A stretch of 33,688 nt of DNA from IMG/VR virus record IMGVR_UViG_3300012909_000001, positions 1 through 33,688 of that record, one strand, 5' to 3'. Every line of letters starts with the position of its first letter. Position 1 is the stretch's first letter. Origin of the DNA: a virus. Taxonomy: Duplodnaviria; Heunggongvirae; Uroviricota; Caudoviricetes. The notes beneath the pieces were generated by a model that was not told the DNA's origin, ran no database searches, and saw only the letters and a list, made by a program, of their open reading frames with translations. Below, piece by piece: positions 19,540 to 29,814 of the stretch. A program made the translations under genes and the position numbers.

Positions 19540-21102
19540 TTAAAAACCTATATTAAGTGGGTCTCCACTTATATAATACTCAGCATAGAATGGTTCTCCT
19601 TTGCTTGGTGTAATTAATATTGTTGTAGCAACTCCTGATTTACCATCTGATTCTGTAGCTGGCATAAAGCTTGGAGTTCCTTTTACTATTTCAATACTCT
19701 CAATCTTAGCTCCTGTATATCCTGGCATATCTATTGTCTTACCAATCATTTTTCTAAGATTTATCTTCTCTCCTTTAGCAGTACCTTTACTCATATAAGG
19801 TTTACCATTTATAGTACCAAAATCTACATAACCATCTTTACTTGCCAGTGTAGTCTCAATTCCTTTCTGTTGGAATTTCTTATCAACAATATCAATCTGG
19901 TCCTGATTGAAACCTAAGTTTCTGAAGTAATCAGTTCCACTTCTCTGATTTATGTTTAATGAGTTATCCAGTGTAGTTAAATATTTAAATTGTTGTGGAT
20001 ACTTAGCTGGATTATTTCTGATTACATTAATATACTTATCATAATCTTTAGGGTCTTTAGCTCCAATAGTTTGTGCCAGCTTACCTACTTCCATATTATA
20101 AGTCTTCATTACTTCTTTACCTTCTTTAGTATAGTTGTAATAGAATGAAGCATCTTTAGTAAAACTTACAGGAGTAGCCCCTGCTTTACCAAGACTTGCA
20201 GAATAAGCTGCTGCCTCAAGTTTGTATTTTTGTTGGAGTTCTTCAAGACCATAAGCATCTACTTTCTTATCAGCTTCAGCTTTACCTTGTGTATATTCAA
20301 ATTGTTTTACATATTCAATCTGTTTAGCAACACTACTGTTAGGGTCTGTAAATTTAAGTCTGTTTCCATCCTCATCATAATAAGTTCCAAATCCTAATTT
20401 CTGTTCTTGTTTGAAATAAGGGTCATATCCCTTAGCATCAATGAAAGCTGTATAAGCATCATCCAATTGGTTTAATACTTCCCTGGAAGTAGTTTTAGTA
20501 TCTATATACTTACCATTAGTAGTTGCTGTAGCTTTAGCCCATATATCTGGTTTAGAATTTTTAAGTTCAGATATAAACTCTCCTGTTGGGTCCTGCTTAT
20601 CAAATATATCTTCATATTCAAAAGTCTTGTCCATACTCCTGTTAGGACTTGATTTCCACTGGTCAAGATAATACTTCTTAGCAGCTTCTCTTCTTGCAGG
20701 GTCTTTAATAGTTTTTAATTGCTCATTCATCTTGCCATACATATCTGCTGACTTCTGAATCTTATATATGTCTCCTGTTTTATAATCTGCTTCAAGCTCT
20801 CTTGTAAGTTTTCTTATTTCAGGAAGATTTTTTCTCCATTCATTTGTATCTCCACTTTGTAACTTAGTTGCAATCTCTTCAGATTTCTGATTATAGTAAC
20901 TTTGTTTATCAATAACTTTTTGTCTTTCTACAGGGTCATCTATATAATTAACATCCACATTATTAAATAAGTCAGTCTTAGCAAGAGCAATATCATAGTC
21001 CTGTTGTTGCGTAGTTAAGGCTTCCTTAATTAAATCCCAGGGTGGCTGGTATATCATGTCCTCAATAAATTGAGGCTTGGCTGTTTTATAAAATCTTCCC
21101 AT
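19540..21102 (-). CDS. 520-aa putative cargo/ejection protein
   Basis: Lies between the 562-aa cargo gene and the vRNAP gene and is coupled to the upstream gene by a TAATG overlap. Helical, cysteine-free. Function inferred from synteny only. Confidence 0.55.
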   Translation of the reverse strand: MGRFYKTAKPQFIEDMIYQPPWDLIKEALTTQQQDYDIALAKTDLFNNVDVNYIDDPVERQKVIDKQSYYNQKSEEIATKLQSGDTNEWRKNLPEIRKLTRELEADYKTGDIYKIQKSADMYGKMNEQLKTIKDPARREAAKKYYLDQWKSSPNRSMDKTFEYEDIFDKQDPTGEFISELKNSKPDIWAKATATTNGKYIDTKTTSREVLNQLDDAYTAFIDAKGYDPYFKQEQKLGFGTYYDEDGNRLKFTDPNSSVAKQIEYVKQFEYTQGKAEADKKVDAYGLEELQQKYKLEAAAYSASLGKAGATPVSFTKDASFYYNYTKEGKEVMKTYNMEVGKLAQTIGAKDPKDYDKYINVIRNNPAKYPQQFKYLTTLDNSLNINQRSGTDYFRNLGFNQDQIDIVDKKFQQKGIETTLASKDGYVDFGTINGKPYMSKGTAKGEKINLRKMIGKTIDMPGYTGAKIESIEIVKGTPSFMPATESDGKSGVATTILITPSKGEPFYAEYYISGDPLNIGF

Positions 21103-22790
21103 TAGCTTGTCTTCATTACATTTATTTCTTTACCTGTAGTAGCATCATAAACTTTATTACCTTTTCTAATCCATATACCATTACTTACATTATCAAGAGT
21201 TTGTCTTCTTAAATTAACATCTGGTATAGATTTGTAAAACTCAACTCCTGATGAAGCTTCATTAGTAATAACCTTTTTCATTTCTCCTGTGTATGCATTT
21301 ATATTGAAGTCAGGGAATAAACTATCCATTACTTTAGATGTAGTTTCTCTTGTCTTCATAGTATTCATATCTTTACCAATTTTCTGGATACCAGTTCCTT
21401 GTGTAGATATATCTTCAGCCATTTGAGAGAAATAATTATCTCTGTCTTGTCTGTCAGCAAGGTCTCTGTTTTGTTCTCCTTGCATAACAACCTGGTCTCT
21501 CTGATTTTCAAATCCTGCTTGTTGTCCTAATATAGATTGCATCATCTGAGCAAATTGATTATAGATTTGAGACTTAGAATTATTAACTCCCTGGTCTGTG
21601 GCTAAATCTAAAGCTCTCATTGTATTAACACTTCTTGCAGAGTTTCTTCCTCTTCTTATAGCAGAGTTTCTTGCAAGCTCTAAATCTTCAAGATTATTAT
21701 CTCTTTGTCCTGCTACGTATTGTTTACTCTCATCAATTGTTTTTAATGCATCTGCACCAAAATCTTTAAAAGCATTTATGTTAGGAGTATCTCCTGCCCT
21801 GTTAGCCTGAGTATTCATCATAGGTCCAAATGTAGAGATAAGATTACCTGCCATACCTGTAATGTCTCCTGCTGTCATTCCACCTGCTGTACCATTCTGA
21901 GAATTAGCACCAAATAATTTATTAAAGAAATCTCCAAATCCACCACCTGTTGCTTTAGATGCTGTAGGTGTTGTTGTATTTCCATTGATAGGACTTTCGT
22001 ATCTTGACAAATCCATAGCATCAATATTTGATGATGTTAATGGCTGTTCACCAAATATAGAAGGGTCTAATGTTTTCAGGAAATAAGCAAAAGGATTTTT
22101 CTCAGGGTCAATATCAGCAGTACCACCTAAGGCAAACTTCTGAGTCTCCTGAATCATTCTTGCCATTTCCATATGAGCCATATCTTGTTTCTCTTCTCTT
22201 TCATTACCAAGAGCTACTCTTTCTCTTGCTTTTCTCAAAGCTTTATCTGAAGGACTTTCCTCAAGTAATTTATCAATCTTTCCTATATTCTTTTCTCTTA
22301 GTTTCTTTCTGTCTGCCATAGTCTTACCATCAGGTCCTTTTAATCTTTGTGAGAATATCTCTGTACCATTAGGTACATCTAAATCTATTCCTCCATTAGC
22401 ATGTGACGGACCTTTTAGTTCAGCTACTTTACCACCTGGAGTTTGTATAATTTCTTTACCTTCTGCATTAATAGGAACACCATAAGCCATACCACCTAAT
22501 GCCATTGTAGCTAAATCATCCGTACCAGCACTTTTATCACCAAGGCCCATTGCTTTATCAGCTGGACCACCTCCACCCATTGCTCCTCCAATAGAGGAGC
22601 TATACTGTTGTAGCATAGCTCCCACTGTGTTCAAACCAATTACCCAAGGGTTTTGTTCTGCTTCAGACTTTGCCTGAGCTGTATTGATTTGGTCTTCTTG
22701 TAGTTCTACATAAGGATTCTCTATATAGCTGGTCACTTTACTACCTGTAAGGTATTTAGGTCTGGCAACCTTCTTTCTATTGTTCTTCAT
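21102..22790 (-). CDS. 562-aa cargo/ejection protein with the crAss-like AEG.E...GPSH..GG domain
   Basis: 'PINAEGKEIIQTP...LKGPSHANGGI...GTEIFS.RL...G.T.A' is typical of crAss-like cargo proteins. Gly/Ala/Met-rich low-complexity segments, a Q/N/R-rich coiled coil, no cysteine. Confidence 0.65.
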   Translation of the reverse strand: MKNNRKKVARPKYLTGSKVTSYIENPYVELQEDQINTAQAKSEAEQNPWVIGLNTVGAMLQQYSSSIGGAMGGGGPADKAMGLGDKSAGTDDLATMALGGMAYGVPINAEGKEIIQTPGGKVAELKGPSHANGGIDLDVPNGTEIFSQRLKGPDGKTMADRKKLREKNIGKIDKLLEESPSDKALRKARERVALGNEREEKQDMAHMEMARMIQETQKFALGGTADIDPEKNPFAYFLKTLDPSIFGEQPLTSSNIDAMDLSRYESPINGNTTTPTASKATGGGFGDFFNKLFGANSQNGTAGGMTAGDITGMAGNLISTFGPMMNTQANRAGDTPNINAFKDFGADALKTIDESKQYVAGQRDNNLEDLELARNSAIRRGRNSARSVNTMRALDLATDQGVNNSKSQIYNQFAQMMQSILGQQAGFENQRDQVVMQGEQNRDLADRQDRDNYFSQMAEDISTQGTGIQKIGKDMNTMKTRETTSKVMDSLFPDFNINAYTGEMKKVITNEASSGVEFYKSIPDVNLRRQTLDNVSNGIWIRKGNKVYDATTGKEINVMKTS

Positions 22791-22819
22791 ATTAATATTA
22801 GTTATTTTAAATTATAATC

Positions 22820-25800
22820 TTAATTAAAAGATTGTTGTTCATTTTCAACTGAATAATTTGTAATTAACTTAACATCTGCAAAATTATCAAATATTAATCT
22901 AATTACCAAATATTTATCCCTAAAACTTTCAAGCTGTGTCCAATCTTTCTGTACATTTAAACTTGCAGTATTTAATATCTTATCTTTGAAGTATCCAGGT
23001 TGTAATGAATTTATATTAGAATCCCATATAGGAGTATTATAATTTATTCTGATATCTCTTAAATCATTTATAAACCAATCTCTTTCTGTTCTGTCTATTA
23101 TGATAGAATTATTATTAGTATTTATAATCTGTTGAGACATATAATCCTGAGAGTCCTGAATATCTTTAACTAAAAGTTCAAGTTCTCCTGAACATTGTCT
23201 GCTGTTATACACTACAAGTTTATTAAATGTAATAAATCTTTCATCATAATATTGATTGAGTGTAGCATTAAATTTTTTAGCTTCTGTAATAAGTTTAATA
23301 TGATTCCATATTCTTGTTACTAAAGGAGTAGATAATGATGTGTACTCAATTATATGAGGACAGAACTGACCATAGAATGTCTGGTAACTTTCTTTAACTC
23401 CATGCTTCCATATAAAATCTCCACCATATTTCCATGAATAGAATTTCTCTGGTACATTCATATAAAAATTAGGTAAGTAAGAGTGCCACGAAGTCCATGA
23501 ATCCTGCTTCATAGAATAACTTAAAGTCCATGAAGTATTATTATCTATTGGGTCCACTGCTACACTTCCATCTATATATTTATATTCAGTAGTATATTGG
23601 TCAACTTCTACTTCAATAGTTTCAGTTGTAGCAAATCCTTCAAGATATTCATCCATATCAATCTGAAATTGTTCTGGTGTTAATACATCTGTTGAACCAT
23701 CCCATCCTCTATTAGTAATACAAGACCAACCATAATTCTCAAGTCCATAGTTTGGATAAGGGTTACTACTCTTAAGGGCATTCTTCATCTTATTCCAATC
23801 AGGACAATATGGATTAGGTTGTAATATATTAGCTTCAGCTGTTGTATATGAAACTCCTTTAAGTGCAGCTAATGTATGTTTCAGGAATTCATTAGTTGAA
23901 CCAGGGTCTGCTTGTGATACAATAGGATAAGCTAACCCATTAAATGAAGCACAATTATTATAATTCACTATAAACTCTGTAGCATGTGCAAGATATAGTG
24001 CAGTAGGATTATCAATATCAAGTCCAAAACTACTACTATGATAACCAACACCAAATCCATTTGTACATTCATTTACAAATGTAATAGCAAGTATCTTTCT
24101 TCCTGTTAAACTTCCACCATATATATCTGTTCTTGCATATTGAAGAACTCTAATCCAATATTCACTATCTTGTGGTTCTTCATCTACATAGTATAAGGAA
24201 CCAGTCCAATCAGGATTAGAAGCAGAGAAGTTAACTCTCCAATCATCAATAGCATCTTTGATTTGATTTCTGGCATCTTCATCAAATGAACCTGAGTAAT
24301 CAAGTTGAACTACAATGTCAATATCATTAGGAAAATTAGTTTTAACTACTCTCTCCTCTGTAGTAGTTTCTACAGTAGTTCTTTCAAATTTAAGTCTGCA
24401 ATCTTCTATTCCTACATATCTCCATCCATCAGCTTCTTCATCTTGTATTATTTGATTAAAATCTTCAAATAAAATTATATGTCCATCTTTAATACACATA
24501 TTAAAATCAGGAGTATTAATAACTTCATCAGAGAAAGTAAAATCTTTCTTAGTTACTATAACTCTTTCTTTCTTAGTATCATATGTTGTAATAAATCCAA
24601 CTCCAAAAGGATTGGATGGATTATCATCATAAGGATATTTCTTACCTGTAGTATCCAGGTATTGTTTAGTAAGCTTTAAGTTTAGATTTTCTTTGAACCA
24701 ATTTGACATACCTGTATTACTGATAGCTTTCATTTCTCTACCATCAAATATATATATCTTTCTTTGGTTCTCAGATACAAATACAATTCCATACGGAGTC
24801 TTTATACTGCTCCATTTATGTTGTAATCCTGCTGAGCTTCCTGTATCATCATCTATAATCTTCTGAGGAGGAATCTCAAAGAATGAACCTGTACCTATGA
24901 AAGATACAATCTGGTCTGTAACTCTTTCCTGATAGTTTCTTGGAAGATTATATAATGCTTCTTTAGTATGAATGAATAAATCATTCCTTAATTTAAATAT
25001 ATTAGTTATAGGTCCACTTTCTCCTTCTATATCTCTATAGTTGTTAGGTAAAAATGTTCTGTAATTATCTGTTAGTTCTTCTTGGAAAGATTGTTCTGAA
25101 TAGTGTACTCTATGTGGAAATGACTCAGTACAGTCAGAACAGCAATCATACTCCACACCTAAGTGATAGAATATTTTTTGTTTATTTCTTCTTCTGTAAT
25201 CTTCATTGATTTCATATAGTTCAGCATTAGCAAAACCTTTATATAATCTTCCATCATCTGCATCTGTATCAAGTACAGTAAGCTTTTCAAGTATATAACT
25301 GTTAAGTCTTTCTCCCTCAACACTTGCTGGTGCATTAAGGAAATCAGTCATACCAATTGTGCTACCTTTTCTCCAGTTAGCATTAGCTGTAGATTCAAAC
25401 CATACATCAGATAGTGTATCACTAAACCATTCAATTTCATCATCAGGAGGATTAGGAGAAAATATAGTATTAGCTGTATCATCATCAACACAATCTTTAA
25501 GACCTGCATCATATAATTCTGAATATACTTTAGCTATCTGGTCTTTTTTGACACCTGCTGCAATCTGTGTTGCTGCAAATCCAATAAGCATAACTCCAAG
25601 TACAGCACCATATCCTGTGATAATAAGAATAGCTCCAACAATAGCTAGAATAACTCCAACAATAGTATTGATAATTCCTTTCTTACTAAATCTCTTTCTT
25701 AGTCTGATATCATAAAATACAGTATTAGTGTATTTCATAGAAGAGATATAAACATCTCCATTGAATATATCACATTGCTGTGTAAGTATATTATTGGTAA

Positions 25801-28360
25801 GAGTATGATAATTCTTAGACTCCTTATAATAAGGAAGTACTCTGAATGTAGAGTAAGGGTCATCAAGTTCTCTTTTCATAACTACATAAGGAATCTTTTC
25901 AAAAAGCTCCTCTCTGTCAATAGGACTATTAAGCTTAACAATACCTACCTTATTATCAAAAGCTACATTAAATACTTCTACTGTTTCATTTGCTAAATCT
26001 TGTACAGATTTATTAAATAAAGCAGCAAGATAGAATGTCTCATCTATATCTCCTTCATCAGCAAATATACCAAATGCTTTCTTATAAGTAAGCTGGTTAT
26101 TTCTTGAGAAGGTGTGTAATGAGAATCCATCTGTATCTCTTTCTCTTTTTTTATCTCTTGAACTATCATAAGATGTACCGGGTTGTACGTCATCTAATAA
26201 CTGTGTATATATAGTTCTCTTAGCTAATTGAAATTCTCCTTCTTTAATGAGCTGTGTAGCTGTCTTATGTTCAGTTCCAAAGAACTTGAACTCAGGATTA
26301 ATCAGTGCTACAATATCATCTTTAACTCTACTTTGGTCTGCAAGCTCTGGCATAAGGTGTGCTGAACCAGCAAATCTTTCAGGTTCTCTGATTAGAGGAG
26401 TTATAATAGCTGAGTCAAGTATTGTTTTGTCATTATTAGTTCTTTCATTTCTTACGATATAGTAACCAATGATTTTATTTCCATTAGTATCTGCCTCTGT
26501 TGGTAAGTTAATACCTGAGAATCTGATACCAAATATATTAGAAATGTATAATTTTTTCTCTATAGTTACTTCAGTTTCTTCTAAAGGAAGGTCTGTATAA
26601 GTAAGTCCTGATAAAACAGTAGCATCTTCTCCATTCTCTTTAACTTCTGTAGTTGATACATAAGCTAAATCTACTGCTGTAGATGTTACTACAAATAAGT
26701 CAAGTCCTTCTACAGGATTATAAGTAGCTACATTTATAGCAGTCTCCCTGATATTATTTACTCCATTTGCAAGATATGTTATATGTAAATAGATTGTATC
26801 TCCTGTAAATGCAGGGTCTATACTTCCACTAACGTGTATTTTTAATGTTCTGTTTACTGTACTTATACTTTCTGAACTATTCTCTGTAACCAAAGCTTCT
26901 CCAACAGCACTCCTTAGTGGGAATCTGTGATGTCTGATTGGTTTGTTGATAAGAGGTACTCCTTCAGAATCAAGTCCCCAGTAATCTGTATTACTACAAT
27001 TACCTGAGGCATCTGTGTAGAAACTGTTCTTACATTCGTTATCACCTGCCATAGGTTTAATATTAGTACCTGCTGTAAAAGCTACATTAGATGGTATATC
27101 AGGATTTCTTCCTGGTATGTGATACACAGGAGACAGATAACCATCTTCAAATATATATACAATACCAAATGAATAAAGCTCTCCTGGCATATATCCTACT
27201 TTCTGTGTATGTACTAATCCATTTTTAGGATTATTATCTATGACAGCATTAAGTATTATTTCTTCAAGTACTACATCAGATTTAATCTTTGATGCATATT
27301 TCTGCAAAGCACAGAAATCTATATTCTTACCTTTAGTATTACCAAGTATAAGTCTGTTCTCTATTTGTTCAATAGAGCCTGCTGTTTCAAGTACTGAGTT
27401 AGATAGTTGTATTTCTTCTTCAGTTCCTTCAGAGAAAGCTTCTCCTGTAAAGTTATATACAGGGACTTCAGTAGAAATCTCCTGAGACAGGAGTACTTTA
27501 CTTACCTGCCCTGAGCCATTATCAGCTTTTATTACTCCTATTCTATAGAAAGCAAAATTCTTATCTAATGATGCAGGATTAAAAGTAAACTTAATAGACT
27601 TATTAGTAGCTCCAAAATCCTGATAATCATTTATAGCATTAGTAGAACCTCTTATTTCAGAGTATGGTTTATCCAGACCATCATTATATATCATGATAGT
27701 ATCTGTAGTTGTAATCCATTCTGTAGGGTTAAAATCCTCATCAAGATATTGTATAGCAGCATTATAAGAACCTGCTGTAAGTGTTCCTCCTTCAAGTATT
27801 TCTATATCATCAAAGATAGGAATCTTAGTGTAAGTCTTAAATAATTCGAATTTTTTAGCTACCCATTTACAGTTGTCTCCATTGATATCACAATCTTTGA
27901 AGTCTTCTGGTTTATCAAAGTTAAAATATCTTGGCTTGTTATAATTATCTGTAAAATATACAGTTCTCTCACAACCTCTTCTTAATCTATAAATAGCTTG
28001 TATTTGATTCTCTACTCTAAAGTTTAACTTATCTTCCTCTTCTGAATATTCATCATTAACATGTACTACATAATTACATGTATCATCAAGTATACCTATT
28101 TCTGATATTGTTTCATCTTGTGATACTGAGAAAATGGCTAACTGGTTATCCCCTATATATACCTTTCCTAATGGAATAAATCCATAACTTAAATTATCAC
28201 ACAAAGCATTAGATTCCTCATTACTCAGAAATGCAAAATCTCCTAACTCAGTTTCATTAACTGCGTTAAGAGCATATCTGTATGTTTCTTTAGGAGAATC
28301 TATAAAAGAGTTATCTGTATGTAAGCCTTTGTAAGGTCTTGTTGTATTATCTTTATCCAT
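22820..28360 (-). CDS. 1846-aa tail stabilisation / muzzle protein (P22 gp10-like, crAss-like) with inserted domains
   Basis: N-terminal 'KGLHTD.S..D.P..TYRYALNAVNE' and 'GYMPGELYSFGIVY', 'FPHRVHYSEQS', 'WTSWHSYLP' are characteristic of crAss-like stabilisation proteins. Located directly downstream of the ring genes. Confidence 0.8.
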   Translation of the reverse strand: MDKDNTTRPYKGLHTDNSFIDSPKETYRYALNAVNETELGDFAFLSNEESNALCDNLSYGFIPLGKVYIGDNQLAIFSVSQDETISEIGILDDTCNYVVHVNDEYSEEEDKLNFRVENQIQAIYRLRRGCERTVYFTDNYNKPRYFNFDKPEDFKDCDINGDNCKWVAKKFELFKTYTKIPIFDDIEILEGGTLTAGSYNAAIQYLDEDFNPTEWITTTDTIMIYNDGLDKPYSEIRGSTNAINDYQDFGATNKSIKFTFNPASLDKNFAFYRIGVIKADNGSGQVSKVLLSQEISTEVPVYNFTGEAFSEGTEEEIQLSNSVLETAGSIEQIENRLILGNTKGKNIDFCALQKYASKIKSDVVLEEIILNAVIDNNPKNGLVHTQKVGYMPGELYSFGIVYIFEDGYLSPVYHIPGRNPDIPSNVAFTAGTNIKPMAGDNECKNSFYTDASGNCSNTDYWGLDSEGVPLINKPIRHHRFPLRSAVGEALVTENSSESISTVNRTLKIHVSGSIDPAFTGDTIYLHITYLANGVNNIRETAINVATYNPVEGLDLFVVTSTAVDLAYVSTTEVKENGEDATVLSGLTYTDLPLEETEVTIEKKLYISNIFGIRFSGINLPTEADTNGNKIIGYYIVRNERTNNDKTILDSAIITPLIREPERFAGSAHLMPELADQSRVKDDIVALINPEFKFFGTEHKTATQLIKEGEFQLAKRTIYTQLLDDVQPGTSYDSSRDKKRERDTDGFSLHTFSRNNQLTYKKAFGIFADEGDIDETFYLAALFNKSVQDLANETVEVFNVAFDNKVGIVKLNSPIDREELFEKIPYVVMKRELDDPYSTFRVLPYYKESKNYHTLTNNILTQQCDIFNGDVYISSMKYTNTVFYDIRLRKRFSKKGIINTIVGVILAIVGAILIITGYGAVLGVMLIGFAATQIAAGVKKDQIAKVYSELYDAGLKDCVDDDTANTIFSPNPPDDEIEWFSDTLSDVWFESTANANWRKGSTIGMTDFLNAPASVEGERLNSYILEKLTVLDTDADDGRLYKGFANAELYEINEDYRRRNKQKIFYHLGVEYDCCSDCTESFPHRVHYSEQSFQEELTDNYRTFLPNNYRDIEGESGPITNIFKLRNDLFIHTKEALYNLPRNYQERVTDQIVSFIGTGSFFEIPPQKIIDDDTGSSAGLQHKWSSIKTPYGIVFVSENQRKIYIFDGREMKAISNTGMSNWFKENLNLKLTKQYLDTTGKKYPYDDNPSNPFGVGFITTYDTKKERVIVTKKDFTFSDEVINTPDFNMCIKDGHIILFEDFNQIIQDEEADGWRYVGIEDCRLKFERTTVETTTEERVVKTNFPNDIDIVVQLDYSGSFDEDARNQIKDAIDDWRVNFSASNPDWTGSLYYVDEEPQDSEYWIRVLQYARTDIYGGSLTGRKILAITFVNECTNGFGVGYHSSSFGLDIDNPTALYLAHATEFIVNYNNCASFNGLAYPIVSQADPGSTNEFLKHTLAALKGVSYTTAEANILQPNPYCPDWNKMKNALKSSNPYPNYGLENYGWSCITNRGWDGSTDVLTPEQFQIDMDEYLEGFATTETIEVEVDQYTTEYKYIDGSVAVDPIDNNTSWTLSYSMKQDSWTSWHSYLPNFYMNVPEKFYSWKYGGDFIWKHGVKESYQTFYGQFCPHIIEYTSLSTPLVTRIWNHIKLITEAKKFNATLNQYYDERFITFNKLVVYNSRQCSGELELLVKDIQDSQDYMSQQIINTNNNSIIIDRTERDWFINDLRDIRINYNTPIWDSNINSLQPGYFKDKILNTASLNVQKDWTQLESFRDKYLVIRLIFDNFADVKLITNYSVENEQQSFN

Positions 28361-29333
28361 TGTGTATTCCTCTTAATGTAAAGTTATTTGTAATCCCTGC
28401 TGTTTTCCAGGCATTGCTTTCAGGTACTCCAAGTCTTCCAAAATATCCATAATACTTTCTTGAATTAGGTATCATTTGTTTACTTGCATCAAGTTGTCTT
28501 TGGAACTCATCATCACCATATGTAATCATCATATTGTTTCCAGCTTGTTTACAGTACCAATGCCAATCCTGTTCTGCTTTTTGATACTTATCTCCATATC
28601 CTTCTCTTCCCATGTACCATAGTCTTGCCATGTATTTCATTGTGATATACATAGTAATAGCTGTGATAACACTATAATCATCTGGTATCATTGGATAACC
28701 TGTCTCAGGGTCTAATACTTGTCTGTGATATGCAATAGCTATAGAGCCTTCTTTAAATGAGAATCTCAATTTGTCTGCTACTATTGTATATTCATCCTGG
28801 ACACCTGTATATAATCTATTATCCTCTTTACATACAAGCGAATTAAAGAAAGTATGATTAGATAATCTTACAGGAGTATATTGTTGTATGTAAGTTCTTG
28901 AACCCATCCATCCTGAGTATTCATATTGCAGGTCAAAGTAAGGTCTGTATACAGCAATCTCTTCCTGAGGAATTGGATTACCATAACAATCTAAAGATAC
29001 ACATCCACATACTGGTTCTGTTTCTTCACATATTTCTTCTACAGGAGCATCACATATAATCTCAGCAGGACATAAAGTTTCATTCTTTTTGGACCAGAAG
29101 TTATTTCTTGCTATCTGTATGATATCATGTAACCCACAAGGAATGTCTGCATGATGGTCTTTAACTTCAGCAAAAGCAAGTGCTTCTTCATATAGAGTTA
29201 TAGCACCAATTCCTTCCAGGGCTTCACCTATTTGTTCTATAATATCTGTCTCACTCATTTCCTCTATACCGAGGTCCCTATATAATTTAGATATAATTCT
29301 ATCTACTGAAACATATTTAATCTTTTTTCCCAT
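28353..29333 (-). CDS. 326-aa ring / tail tubular (head-tail connector) protein
   Basis: N-terminal 'YVSVDRIISKLYRDLG...DIIEQIGEAL..IG' and the '...Y...G.P.IPD...V..AI..YI' C-terminal pattern of crAss-like ring proteins, plus a Cys/Glu-rich insert. Confidence 0.7.
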   Translation of the reverse strand: MGKKIKYVSVDRIISKLYRDLGIEEMSETDIIEQIGEALEGIGAITLYEEALAFAEVKDHHADIPCGLHDIIQIARNNFWSKKNETLCPAEIICDAPVEEICEETEPVCGCVSLDCYGNPIPQEEIAVYRPYFDLQYEYSGWMGSRTYIQQYTPVRLSNHTFFNSLVCKEDNRLYTGVQDEYTIVADKLRFSFKEGSIAIAYHRQVLDPETGYPMIPDDYSVITAITMYITMKYMARLWYMGREGYGDKYQKAEQDWHWYCKQAGNNMMITYGDDEFQRQLDASKQMIPNSRKYYGYFGRLGVPESNAWKTAGITNNFTLRGIHNG

Positions 29334-29334
29334 G

Positions 29335-29814
29335 TTATAAATATTTTTTTGAAACTATTAAATATTCTTTTCCTTTCTTTACTAACTGAGATAAAAATCT
29401 CTTATTAGTTCTTGTCATCTTTAATCCATAAAGAGTTTTATTTGGTATCAGATACCTTGTAGTACTCCATCTGAATTTATATCTTATTCCATTAGTATCC
29501 TCATTAAAGTGATATACTAATTTCTTATTTTCTTTTGCTATAGCATCTTCTTCCCATAGTTGCTTTGTCTTTACCCAATCAGGAGCTAAGCCTTTTATCT
29601 CTCCATCTTCTATTCTTACATTAACTTTCTTTCCCTGGATTAATACATTACCAAGTTTCTGTGGTAACATAAGTTCTCCTCTTTCAAAAAGCTTCCTTGT
29701 GAGAAACTTCATATACCCATTTAAAACAGATACAAAGATTTTAATATCAACTGGATTCTCAACCTGGGTCTTATAAGGTCTATAACTATCTCTTAAACTA
29801 TAATAAGGTTTCAT
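29335..29814 (-). CDS. 159-aa IHF/HU-like DNA-binding protein
   Basis: Helical N-terminus followed by 'GELMLPQKLGNVLIQGKK', resembling the HU/IHF arm. It sits between ring genes, as the IHF-like gene does in crAss-like phages. Confidence 0.7.
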   Translation of the reverse strand: MKPYYSLRDSYRPYKTQVENPVDIKIFVSVLNGYMKFLTRKLFERGELMLPQKLGNVLIQGKKVNVRIEDGEIKGLAPDWVKTKQLWEEDAIAKENKKLVYHFNEDTNGIRYKFRWSTTRYLIPNKTLYGLKMTRTNKRFLSQLVKKGKEYLIVSKKYL

